Shown here piece after piece: positions 46,085 to 55,042 of a DNA stretch of 64,000 bases (the first letter of the stretch is position 1; each line of letters opens with the position of its first letter). A program made the translations under genes and the position numbers. Source of the DNA: Elusimicrobiota bacterium. Lineage in GTDB: Bacteria > Elusimicrobiota > Elusimicrobia > Elusimicrobiales > UBA9959. The stretch covers positions 2,775 to 66,774 of the forward strand of contig JACQYT010000015.1 of assembly GCA_016208085.1 (NCBI GenBank). The letters are read 5' to 3'. Under the pieces are notes generated by a model that made no database searches, was not told where the DNA came from, and was given only the letters and a program-made list of their open reading frames with translations.

Positions 46085-46315
46085 CTATCTGCCTTTATTG
46101 CCTCCCATTCCCCCAGTAGATAATACGCTGTTTTTTACGACACTGCCGTCAATTCTGGACAATGGAACATATAGTTGGGTAGAATCCATCTCCTGGGCGG
46201 CTTTCAAGAATTCTGTCAGATTTGGTCCCTGATCAAAATTGGGATTGTACTTTTGCGCATAAGTCCCAATCGAGAATGACGTTAAGATTGCCACAACAAG
46301 CATTACACGTTTCAT
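46085..46315 (-). CDS. Small secreted hypothetical protein (low-GC island)
   Basis: Signal peptide MKRVMLVVAILTSFSIGTYA. Confidence 0.45.
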   Translation of the reverse strand: MKRVMLVVAILTSFSIGTYAQKYNPNFDQGPNLTEFLKAAQEMDSTQLYVPLSRIDGSVVKNSVLSTGGMGGNKGR

Positions 46316-46609
46316 TATTTCCTCCGCACTGTTATTTGCTCACTACGTTAACTATTCCGCTTACTTTGATACCCTATTTTAAACCACGAATCCCCTCCCA
46401 ATCTGGATTTTCTAAAACAGATGGCGAATCAATCTCCAGTAAAATTGGTTCCATTTTGCCGGTTGCACTTTTATCCGCCGGCAAAATTTTATCATCATTC
46501 GATGGCTTTGTAACTATTTCAAGCGTTTCCGTCCAAATATAGTGGATGCTCCCCGGCCAAATCCCCCCAAAGACCCATGATTAATGTCAACCCGCCGACA
46601 ATTCAGAAA

Positions 46610-47237
46610 TCAATAAAGCGGCCAAGCCGGGTCTGGACGGCCCCTATACGGCCAGGCCAGTCCCGGCTTGGCTTTCCTTATGGCTATTGCTGTTTCCGCC
46701 GCCGGCCGGTGGCGACATAATGTTAACAGAAAATACCACTGCGGCGGCCGCGCAAGCGGACGCCGGAGTGGTGTTTTTCCGGTCGTGGCCACCGGCATTA
46801 ATGCTGTTGAACATTATAAGGAACAGGCCCGCGCCGCGAGTGAATTTTTCCCGGGAAAATTTACTGGCGAGCGCGGGCAAGTCTGTAACAAATCAAACTC
46901 AACTCTTTGCAGTGGGCGAGGGCGGAAATATCCTGCTTTGTACGGCGGAACCGAAACCCGCGACCGACAGGGCGCGGGAAGGGGGTGAGGCCATGACAGA
47001 CAATGCCGTTTCCGCTGGAGCGGAGCGAGCCCGGAGCCGGCCCACCAATGGGGCGGCGTGAGGGCGAGCACGCGGACCCTTCTGCGGAAGCATGGGTGGC
47101 CGCGCGGCGTGGCCGACCGTGCGGCATCTCGCGGATAAGGAACTCATTCGACTCCGTCAGGGTGTTCATCGAAGTAACGGCGAACTTCGACCAACAGCCC
47201 CCACCGCGGGATTTTTATTTATCGCCGCTCAGTCTCC
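46610..47237. other. Unassigned GC-rich, non-coding, helix-rich region (candidate structured RNA or decayed element)
   Basis: Only short overlapping Arg/Pro/Gly-rich ORFs in all six frames. At least seven local helices were found by eye (see finding). Confidence 0.35.
46621..46672 (-). terminator. Long GC hairpin followed by a U-rich tract (either strand)
   Basis: gccaagccggg-t-ctgg...ccag-t-cccggcttggc. The minus-strand tail is CUUUAUUGAUUU; the plus-strand tail is UUUCCUUAUGG. Confidence 0.4.
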
Positions 47238-47269
47238 TAGTATACGCGGCGATAAATTCTGAGCGGGTT

Positions 47270-48410
47270 TCATGATTGAACCAATTCTATATGTCCAGCG
47301 AACTTTTCCCGCATCTTGGCGGAGGTGTAACTCCACCGAATTGGTCTTGGGTTTTTATTGCGATCAGCCAAATGCCGCAGTATCGTTGTTTTCATCTCGT
47401 CGATGTTTTCAAAATGTCGCGGAGTCAAAACTTTTCGTTGCAATGGCGAGAATACAATTTCTACTTGATCAAGCCATGACGAGTTTTTGGGCAACCAGTG
47501 AATTTGGACGGCGAAGGGCAGCCTTAAGCTTTCTATCCAGCTTTCAATCTGTTTGGGAGCGTGCGTAGGCCCATTGTCCAGGATAAAATGCAAGACACGG
47601 ATGTTTTTGGTCCAGAGACTGGAAAAGATCATGTTAAGAAAGTCCTGGAAGTCAACGAAACGCTTGCGCTCAAAAAAACGGGCCATCGTTTCTCCCGTAT
47701 GAACCAGAAGCCCTGCGAAAAGATTGGCAATACCAAGTCTCTTGTAGCGGCACCTGCGCTTCAAGGTTTTACCTGGACCGGCAGGAATAATTCCGCCGGT
47801 GACGCGCAAAGCCTGAATGCAGGTCTTTTCATCCGCGCAGACGAGAATTTCCCGGCGTTACGCCAATGCCTGGGCCTGCTCGTAAAGATCGAGTACGACG
47901 GTGGCTCTTTCCAGAAACAAAGGGGCGGTCGGCTTCTGCCACGAGCGGTGCTGCCAAGGCTTGATTTTATCCTGGCGCAACCACTCACGTATGGTTGAAG
48001 GACTTATGGTAGAGACAATGCCTTTTTCGACGGCAAGTTCAGCTAAATCCGGTGAAGACCAGCGAGATAACGGTTTATCAAAATCTTTAGGCAGCGTGCA
48101 CGCCAAAGCCGTGATTTGGGCTCTTTGGGCTGAGGGAAAAAAAACGCGGCGCTCCGGATCGCGGCGCTTCTTGAAGAACTGGTCCATTCCGGCACGCCTT
48201 GCGGCATCGGCGCACAGTAACCACGGAACAACCGGCTTTTCGGGCAATGGCAACATTGTCCCAATCAGGGTGTTCATAGGCCAGGACCAGAACTTTGGCG
48301 CGTACCACTTGGTAATGCGGCGCTTTGCGCAACCGGGTTGTATGTTGAAGTTGGGCATACTCCTGTGCTGTCAATCGAATAGGATGTTCGGGCTTGGGTC
48401 CACGAGCCAT
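47270..48410 (-). pseudogene. IS630-family DDE transposase, disrupted
   Basis: Three ORFs: 48087..48410 (HTH), 47858..48358, and 47270..47809 (DDE: FILDNGPTHAPK...HWLPKNSSWLDQVE). Frame change at the A8 run 48137-48144. In-frame TAA at 47858-47860, just before REILVCADEKTCIQAL. Confidence 0.8.
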
Positions 48411-48576
48411 TGGTTGATTCCTCCTTGGCTTTTTCCTGGACCCATTGTAGCATTTGCAAAATCATGACTCAAAAACTTCAGCACTAACCAGATTTGATCC
48501 ACTTCTGCTAATCAGAAGTGACCCAGGTGTAAGCGTTGACGCGCGTCAACAAAAATTCTCACTATGGGTATTGACT

Positions 48577-48712
48577 AAAAATTTTTGCCGCAAAAATTTT
48601 TACTATGCCCCGACCTTTGGTCGGGGAAACCTTGGGATAAGGGGGAGTTTGAGGGGGAAAGTAATTTCCCCCTCATCTCCGGCACGGGGATGAAGAAAAC
48701 CCCGTGCCGGGG
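48577..48712 (-). repeat. Composite element X, copy 3 (short form) inside the IS630 5' region
   Basis: The reverse complement aligns module by module with 37820-38068, but the CCCCG/CGGGG stem holds only accaaaggt. Confidence 0.7.
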
Positions 48713-48903
48713 CCACCAGGGGCAGTTGCGACACCTGTGCCTCAGGGTATAGAAGAAGGATGCCATAAAGCAAAATCTTCTGTTTGTCAGTGGAAATTGG
48801 GTGGGTCATTTTTCGTTAGCAAACCCGGGTCACTTTTCGTTAGCGCTGAAGCTCAAAAACCCGCTCAGAATTTATCGCCGCGCATACTAGTCCTATAAGC
48901 CGG

Positions 48904-49536
48904 TTATCCATGCTTCACCATGATGGACTCGATCATCTTTGCCACATGTTCGCAGGTGTCAAGCGTGCCCTCGGCCACTTCATATATCTCTTTCCATTTG
49001 ATGACCATGATGGGGTCCTTTTCGATCTCAAAAAGGCGGCTGATGGCTTTTGCCCTTATAATGTCGCCTAGATTTTCCAGGCGGTTGATCTCTATGCAGT
49101 GGTCCAGCACCCGGCGCTGGCGCTTGGCGTCGTGCAGATGCTTCACGGCGTTTAAAAGCGCGATGACCGACTGGTCTATGGTTTCTATGAATTGCGTGAA
49201 ATATTCGTCGCGCGGGTCCAGTTTGTAAAGCCTCATGCGGTTTGAAATGGCGTTTATCAGGTCCAGCACGTCGTCCAGGGTATTGGCAAGGGCGTAAATA
49301 TCTTCGCGGTCCAGCGGCGTTATAAAAGTGCGGTTCAACATGTCCACTATTTCATGGGAAAGCGTATCGCCTTCATGTTCAAAATCCCTCACTTTTTTCA
49401 CCACTTCCTCATCAATGGCGCCCTTTTTCACGGCGTCTTTAAAATATTCTATCGCTTTGACGGTATTTTCCGCCTGCAGAGTCAGGTAATCGAAAAACTT
49501 GACCTCTTTGGGAATCAGGTTGAAAGCCATTAGCAC
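48904..49536 (-). CDS. DUF47 (PhoU-like, TIGR00153-type) protein
   Basis: FFDYLTLQAENTVKA...HEGDTLSHEIVDMLNRTFITPLDREDIYALANTLDDVLD. Confidence 0.8.
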   Translation of the reverse strand: MLMAFNLIPKEVKFFDYLTLQAENTVKAIEYFKDAVKKGAIDEEVVKKVRDFEHEGDTLSHEIVDMLNRTFITPLDREDIYALANTLDDVLDLINAISNRMRLYKLDPRDEYFTQFIETIDQSVIALLNAVKHLHDAKRQRRVLDHCIEINRLENLGDIIRAKAISRLFEIEKDPIMVIKWKEIYEVAEGTLDTCEHVAKMIESIMVKHG

Positions 49537-49627
49537 GCTCCTTTGAATGTCCGGGCTGTTTTAGAATATAATTGATTATAGGATTTTAAAAACGCGCGGT
49601 CAAAACCGGCGAAATGAGGAGGCGGTA

Positions 49628-50860
49628 ATGGATTTTAAAAAAGCGCTTTACAAAAGGCTGAAAAAATACGCCCGGGTGGACACCAAAAGCGACGAGGCGG
49701 CGCATACCTGCCCGTCGTCAAAGGGGCAACTGGTCCTGGGCAGAATGCTCGCCGCCGAACTTGAAACCATAGGCGTAAAAAAAGTGAAGCTGGATAAATA
49801 CGGCTATGTGACCGGGACGATAGCGGCAACCGCGAAAGGAAAAACGTCCGTGATCGGCTTCCTGGCGCACATGGACACCTCGCCTGAAGCGAGCGGCAAA
49901 AACGTAAAGCCGCGGCTCCACAAAAATTACGCCGGCGGAAATATTTATATCAGCAAAAGAATGGGAGTTGTTTTGACGCCCGGGGGCTGTCCCGAACTTT
50001 TAGAATGCAAAGGGCAGGATATAGTCACCGCTTCGGGCGACACCTTGCTGGGCGCGGACGATAAAGCGGGCCTCGCCATAATAATGACCGCGGCCGAACA
50101 CCTGGTACGACATCCGGAAATAAAACACGGCGCGATAAAAATCGCCTTCACGCCGGACGAAGAAGTAGGGCAGGGCGTCAAATATTTTAATGTCAAAAAA
50201 TTCGGGGCGGATATCGCCTACACCTTCGACGGCGACATGGCGGGAACCATCGAGGAGGAGACTTTCAACGCGGACGGCGTAAAAATACATATTAAAGGCA
50301 AAAGCGTCCACCCCGGTACGGCCAAGGACGCGCTGGCCAATGCCGCGCGCATCGCCGCCGACATAGTGGCCTCCTGGCCGGAAAACCGGCTGCCGGAAAC
50401 CACGGAAAAGCGGGACGGTTTTGTAATGTTCACGGACATAAAGGCTGAAATAGAAAAGGCCGAGATCACCGGCATAGCGCGGGAGCACGACCTTGGAAAG
50501 CTTAAAAAGCTTGAAAAACATCTTGAGGCCATCGTGGCGGAAAAGCGCGTCAAATATCCGCTGGCCGAAATAAAGCTTGAATTTAGGGAGCAGTACCGCA
50601 ACATGGGTGTTGTGCTGGCGAAGCGCCCCGAGGTAATGGCAAACCTTATCGCGGCGGTAAAAAAAGCGGAGCTTGTTCCGCGCATAAAGCCGGTCAGGGG
50701 GGGGACGGACGGCGCGCGACTGTCGTTCCTGGGCCTACCGACGCCGAACGTTTTCACCGGCGGCTATAATTACCACGGCCGCTACGAGTGGGCCTCGCTG
50801 GATGGAATGAATAAATCCGCGGAAGTTCTGCTGAACCTCGTCCAGGAATGGGCGAAATAA
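49628..50860 (+). CDS. pepT: Peptidase T (tripeptide aminopeptidase, M20B)
   Basis: YARVDTKSDE, GFLAHMDTSPE, LGADDKAGLAIIM, GGTDGARLSF. Confidence 0.9.
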   Translation: MDFKKALYKRLKKYARVDTKSDEAAHTCPSSKGQLVLGRMLAAELETIGVKKVKLDKYGYVTGTIAATAKGKTSVIGFLAHMDTSPEASGKNVKPRLHKNYAGGNIYISKRMGVVLTPGGCPELLECKGQDIVTASGDTLLGADDKAGLAIIMTAAEHLVRHPEIKHGAIKIAFTPDEEVGQGVKYFNVKKFGADIAYTFDGDMAGTIEEETFNADGVKIHIKGKSVHPGTAKDALANAARIAADIVASWPENRLPETTEKRDGFVMFTDIKAEIEKAEITGIAREHDLGKLKKLEKHLEAIVAEKRVKYPLAEIKLEFREQYRNMGVVLAKRPEVMANLIAAVKKAELVPRIKPVRGGTDGARLSFLGLPTPNVFTGGYNYHGRYEWASLDGMNKSAEVLLNLVQEWAK

Positions 50861-50895
50861 ATTATTAATAAAGTATTATTTCTGTAACAAAATAG

Positions 50896-50904
50896 TGGTA
50901 TGCT
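50896..50904 (+). promoter_or_regulatory. Extended -10 promoter element TGGTATGCT
   Basis: Part of a duplicated upstream block, agtattatttctgtaacaaaatagtggtatgct, paralogous to 53536-53568. Confidence 0.4.
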
Positions 50905-50931
50905 TTTATGTCGGAACGCTGGATAGCCCGA

Positions 50932-53551
50932 ATGGCAAACTATCTTATCCTTTTACACGACAGGACGCTGGGTCCGGTTACGGCCGCCGAAGCCGTGGGC
51001 CTGCGCGGCTTCACGCTGGAAACCCCCGTAAAATATTCCGACTCCGCCTCGGCGGACTGGAGCGCGGCCGGCTGGATGCCGGAGTTAGCCGCCGCCTTCA
51101 ACCGCATAAACGAAATAAACCGGGAAGGGGAAAACCTTAAAGACTCCTTTGAGGCCATGCGCGGCGGCTGGGAGCGCGAGAGGGATCTCCTGCTCGCAAG
51201 CTGGAAAGAGGAGGCGGACTCTTTCAAGGCAACGCTTGCCGCGCTAAAATCCTCCGCGGAAGAGGTCGGCAAACTGGTAAGGGAGCACCAGGTACGGTTT
51301 TCCGAGGTCCGGCTCATGGAGGAGCGGGCCGCGGCGCACCTGAAGGAGCCCCGCAGGCTTGCCGAGGAGTATAAGCGGGAGCTGGAAAAGAAATTTGAAG
51401 GCGCTTTTTCCCAATTGAGCCTCCTGCGGGACAGCAGGCTCCAAGACTGGGCGGCCCAGCTGCGCGCGCGGCTGGACGGGCAAACTGAAAAGCTGGACGA
51501 GCAAGTTTCCGCCGAAAAGGAAAAGCAGAAGCAGCTGCTCCTGGCGTGGACCGAAGGATTTCTCCAATCGCTGAAAAAAACGCTTTCCCCGGGGCAGGGT
51601 CCGCCCGGCGGCGGCGTCCCCGGAGCCGGAGAACCGCCATCCGGCGACGCGCAAAAGCTCCTTGCCGGCGTGGATGGCCTGATCCGGGAACTAAGGGGGA
51701 AGGCCGGAGCCGAACTGGAAAAAAAGCTGGAGCGCGACATTCCTTCCGTCTACGCCGACCTCCGCCGGCGCGTCGAAGAAGAAACGGCCGCCATGATCCG
51801 GGAGTTCACCTCAATGGCCGCCGCGGAACTGGCGGACGGCCGCCGCGCCCTTTCAAGCGAACTGAAACCGGCGTGGGAGAAGCTTTCGTGTGCGGCGTCG
51901 GCCGAAATCGACGAAAGCCTGCGCGAGTTCAGGAGAACGCAGCAGGCCGCGCTTGACGAGGAAGTCCGCAAATTCCGCCAGTCCCTCGCTGGCAGGGTGA
52001 ACTCCGCCGGGGCGGAGGCCGGCAAAGCCATGGACGCCGAAACCGCCGATTTACGGGGGGAAATCTCGCTGCGGCTCGGGAAGTACTCCGCCGCGATGGA
52101 CGGGCTGCTGCGGGAAATGAGGGAACGGGCCGGGGCCGCTCTGGAGAAAAAACTGGACGGCGAAATTTCCTCCGTCTACGCCGACATCCGCAAGCGCTTC
52201 GACGAAGAGACCGCCGGCATGCTAAAGGGGTTCGCGGACCGCTCGGCCGGGGAATTGGAACCCCGGTGGGAAAAATTTTCGGCCCTGGCGGCAGCCGAAT
52301 TTGAGGGCAGCCTGCGGAAATTCCGGGAAGCCCTCGCCGAAAAACTGGACGCCGCCGGGGCGGAGACCGCCAAAGCGCTGGAAGCCGCCGCGCTGGAAGC
52401 CGGCAAAGCGGCGGAGGGGGAAACCGCCAATCTGCGCGGAGAACTGGCGCGGGAAGCGCAGGATTTCTCCGTCACAGCGGACAGGATGGTCCGGGAGCTG
52501 CGGGAGAAGATCGCGACGGAACTGGAAAAAAGACTGGAACGCGAGATTCCCGCCGCCTGCGCCGACTTCAACAGAAGCCTTGAAAAAGAGGCGGCCGACA
52601 GGCTCAGACAGTTCACGGAGCTGGCGGCCGGGGAACTGGAGGCCGGGCGCCGCGCCGTATTGAGCGGGCTGGAGCCCATGTGGGAAAAGTTTTCGTCCGC
52701 GATGACTGCCGAACTGGACGACAGCTTGCGGGATTTTAATCGGAAGAAGCAGGGCGCGCTTGACGACGAAGTCCGGAAATTCAGGGACGCGCTCGCCCGC
52801 GAGCTGGACGCCGCCGCCCTGGAAGCCGGCAAAACGGCGGAGGGGGAAACCGCCAATCTGCGCGGGAAACTGACGCTGGAGGAGAAAAAGTTTGCCTCCG
52901 CCGGCCAATCGCTTACGCGCGGGCACGGCGGCCGGCAAGGCGCTGGAAGCCGAAACCGCGGAACTGCGCGGGAAACTGACGCTTGAGATGAAAAAGTTTG
53001 CCGCCGCCGCTGCGGCGGCCGTGAGCGCCATTGAAACCGAATGCGCCGATCTGCGCGGGGAGCTGGCGCTTGAGATGAAAAAGTTCTCCGCGATACGGGC
53101 GGAATTTGATGAAAGCCTGCGCGAATTCAAGAGAAAAAGAGAGGAGAATTTCAGCAAGGTCCTGTCGGAGCAGGCCGCGGAGTCCGAATTCCTGAGCCGG
53201 GAAGCCCGCGAAAAGATGGAGAGCGTTTCCGCCGAATTCTTGAACCGGATAGCGGAGATGAAGGCGTGGCTTGAGCGCACCGCCGGAGAGCTGGATAAGG
53301 CGCGCGAAGCAACTACCGCAGCCCAGGCGAAGCTGCTTGCGGCGGCTGCGGGGGAAAAAGAAGTTCCGGCTCCGGACGGACAGTTGGGAGAGCGCCTGCT
53401 GGAGCTGGAGCGCAGGATCTCCAAAGAAATGCTGGACAGAAAGCTCGGCGCGGTCACGTGGCCCTTATCGCCGCGCTGCTGTCTCTTCTTTCATTTCTGG
53501 CAAGATGATCCCGATGCCCGGAATAGTCGGAAAAAAGTATTATTTTTGTAA
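50932..53551 (+). CDS. GYF-like N-terminal domain + coiled-coil repeat protein, reading frame broken near 52895-52935
   Basis: ORFs 50908..52986 and 52892..53551 are consecutive parts. Start moved to MANYLILLHDRTLGP (50932) by homology with MENYFILLNGRPFGP of the paralog. Three repeat units of about 130 aa. Confidence 0.6.
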
Positions 53552-53559
53552 CATGATAG

Positions 53560-53568
53560 TGGTATACT
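53560..53568 (+). promoter_or_regulatory. Extended -10 promoter element TGGTATACT
   Basis: TG-n-TATACT, 20 nt upstream of ATG 53588; no SD in the short leader. Confidence 0.45.
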
Positions 53569-53587
53569 TTTTAGCAAGCAAACCGCA

Positions 53588-54970
53588 ATGGAAAATTATT
53601 TTATACTTCTGAACGGCAGGCCTTTTGGCCCGCTCAAGGCGGCCGAAGCGGCCGCTTTGAGCGGCTTCGGCCCGGAAACACCCGTGAAGAACGCCGGCTC
53701 CGCGTCCGCCGGCTGGATCGCGGCCGGCGCCGTGCCGGAGTTGGCCTCAATTCTCAACTGCACCCTTACTCCCGCGCCCGGGGCGGCCGCGGCTGAAACC
53801 GGGCCGGAAACGGCGCGTGAGGGCGCAGCGCTTAACGCCGCCGACGAAGCCCTGAAACAGTGGCTGGACGACGCCCGCCGGAAAATAGACGATTTTTTCC
53901 CGGCCCTGCGCGAAAGTTGGGAAAGGGAGAAGGAGAAAGCCGCGGCCAGGCTGGAAAAAAAGCTGGACGGCGAAATTTCCTCCGTCTACGCCGAGATCCG
54001 CAAGCGCGTTGAAAAAGCGGCGGCCGGCAGGATAAAGGAATTCGCCGACATGGCGGCCGCGGAACTGGCGGCCGGGCGCCGCGCCGTGTTCAAGGAACTG
54101 CAACCCCTGTGGGAAAAACTTTCAGCCGAGACGGCGGCTGAATTCGACGACAGCCTGCGCAAATTCAGGGAATTCAACAGGAAGAAACAGCGCGAGATAG
54201 ATACGGAAGTCCGCAAACACATGGAATCGCTCACCCGCCTCAATACCGCCGGAGCAGAAACCATCAAAGCCATGGAAGCCGAAAACGAAAACATGCGCCG
54301 GACGCTCTCTATTAAAGCGCAGCAATTTTCCGATAGTCTGGACGAGCTGATACTGAAACTGCGGGAGCAGGCCGCCGACGAACTGGAAAAAAAGCTGGGG
54401 AGCGAAATTATTCCCGTCTCCGGCTACGCCGAGATCCGCAAGCGCGTTGAAAAAGCGGCGGCCGGCAGGATAAAGGAATTCGCCGACATGGCGGCCGCGG
54501 AACTGGCGGCCGGACGAAGCGCCATGCTGAAGGGACTGGAGGCCGGCTGGGAAAGTCTTTCGTCCAGGATGACGGCTGAATTCGACGGGAGCCTGCGCGA
54601 ATTCAAGAGAAGAGGAGAGGAGAATTTCAGCAAGGTTCTGTCGGAGCAGGCCGCGGAGTCCGAATTCCTGAGCCGGGAAGCCCGCGAAAAGATGGGGAGC
54701 GTTTCCGCCGAATTTCTGAACCGGATAACGGAGATGAAGGCGTGGCTTGAGCGCACCGCCGGAGAGCTGGACAAGGCGCGCGAAGCCGTCGCCGCCGCAG
54801 CCCAGGCGAAGCTGCTTGCGGCGGCTGCGGGGGAAAAAGAAGTTCCGGCTCCGGACGGACAGTTGGGAGAGCGCCTGCTGGAGCTGGAGCGCAGGATCTC
54901 CAAAGAAATGCTGGACAGAAAGCTCGGCGCGGTCACGCTGGCCCCCTTTACAGCGAAAGCTATTCTCTGA
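53588..54970 (+). CDS. GYF-like N-terminal domain + coiled-coil repeat protein (paralog)
   Basis: 460-aa ORF; two repeat units. The last 345 nt are about 95% identical to 53114-53457. Confidence 0.7.
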   Translation: MENYFILLNGRPFGPLKAAEAAALSGFGPETPVKNAGSASAGWIAAGAVPELASILNCTLTPAPGAAAAETGPETAREGAALNAADEALKQWLDDARRKIDDFFPALRESWEREKEKAAARLEKKLDGEISSVYAEIRKRVEKAAAGRIKEFADMAAAELAAGRRAVFKELQPLWEKLSAETAAEFDDSLRKFREFNRKKQREIDTEVRKHMESLTRLNTAGAETIKAMEAENENMRRTLSIKAQQFSDSLDELILKLREQAADELEKKLGSEIIPVSGYAEIRKRVEKAAAGRIKEFADMAAAELAAGRSAMLKGLEAGWESLSSRMTAEFDGSLREFKRRGEENFSKVLSEQAAESEFLSREAREKMGSVSAEFLNRITEMKAWLERTAGELDKAREAVAAAAQAKLLAAAAGEKEVPAPDGQLGERLLELERRISKEMLDRKLGAVTLAPFTAKAIL

Positions 54971-55042
54971 AAGACAACTTTACTCTCATAGCGGCCCTTA
55001 TCGCCGTGTTCCTTTCAATCCTGTCGCTTCTGGCCAGGTAAA

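Larger units (their letters stand above)
47240..48887 (-). mobile_element. IS630-family insertion sequence with 30-bp terminal inverted repeats and TA target duplication
   Basis: Left IR gtatacgcggcgataaattctgagcgggtt (47240-47269) matches right IR aacccgctcagaatttatcgccgcgcatac (48858-48887), 29/30. TA at 47238-47239 and 48888-48889. Confidence 0.8.

Noticed and set aside
46077-46085. Merging 46085..46315 and 45652..46077 into one interrupted gene
   Set aside because: The two ORFs are in different frames, 7 nt apart, and I see no homology evidence linking them. They are kept as separate low-confidence calls.
46930-47215. tmRNA on the minus strand
   Set aside because: A 5' GGGGGCUG...GGUCGAAG and a T-arm-like GCGGGUUUCGGUUCCGC are present. 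But there is no complementary 3' acceptor strand with ACCA context and no plausible alanine-resume tag ORF. It is kept only as a hypothesis inside the structured-region finding.
46610-47237. RNase P RNA
   Set aside because: The plus strand has AACAGAAAAUACC...GCGCAAGCGG, which resembles the J11/12-P12 region. However, I found no GAGGAAAGUCC P4 strand on either strand, and the ACAGACCCGGCUUGG-like string belongs to a simple terminal hairpin.
47119-47237. Group II intron 5' end (GUGCG at 47119)
   Set aside because: No domain V-like 34-nt hairpin with an AGC triad, and no intron-encoded reverse transcriptase, anywhere nearby.
48904-49536. DUF47-PiT phosphate transporter operon
   Set aside because: The DUF47 gene is present, but the downstream 0.6 kb (after removing the IS) has no hydrophobic ORF in any frame. 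No pit gene or recognisable pit pseudogene can be supported.
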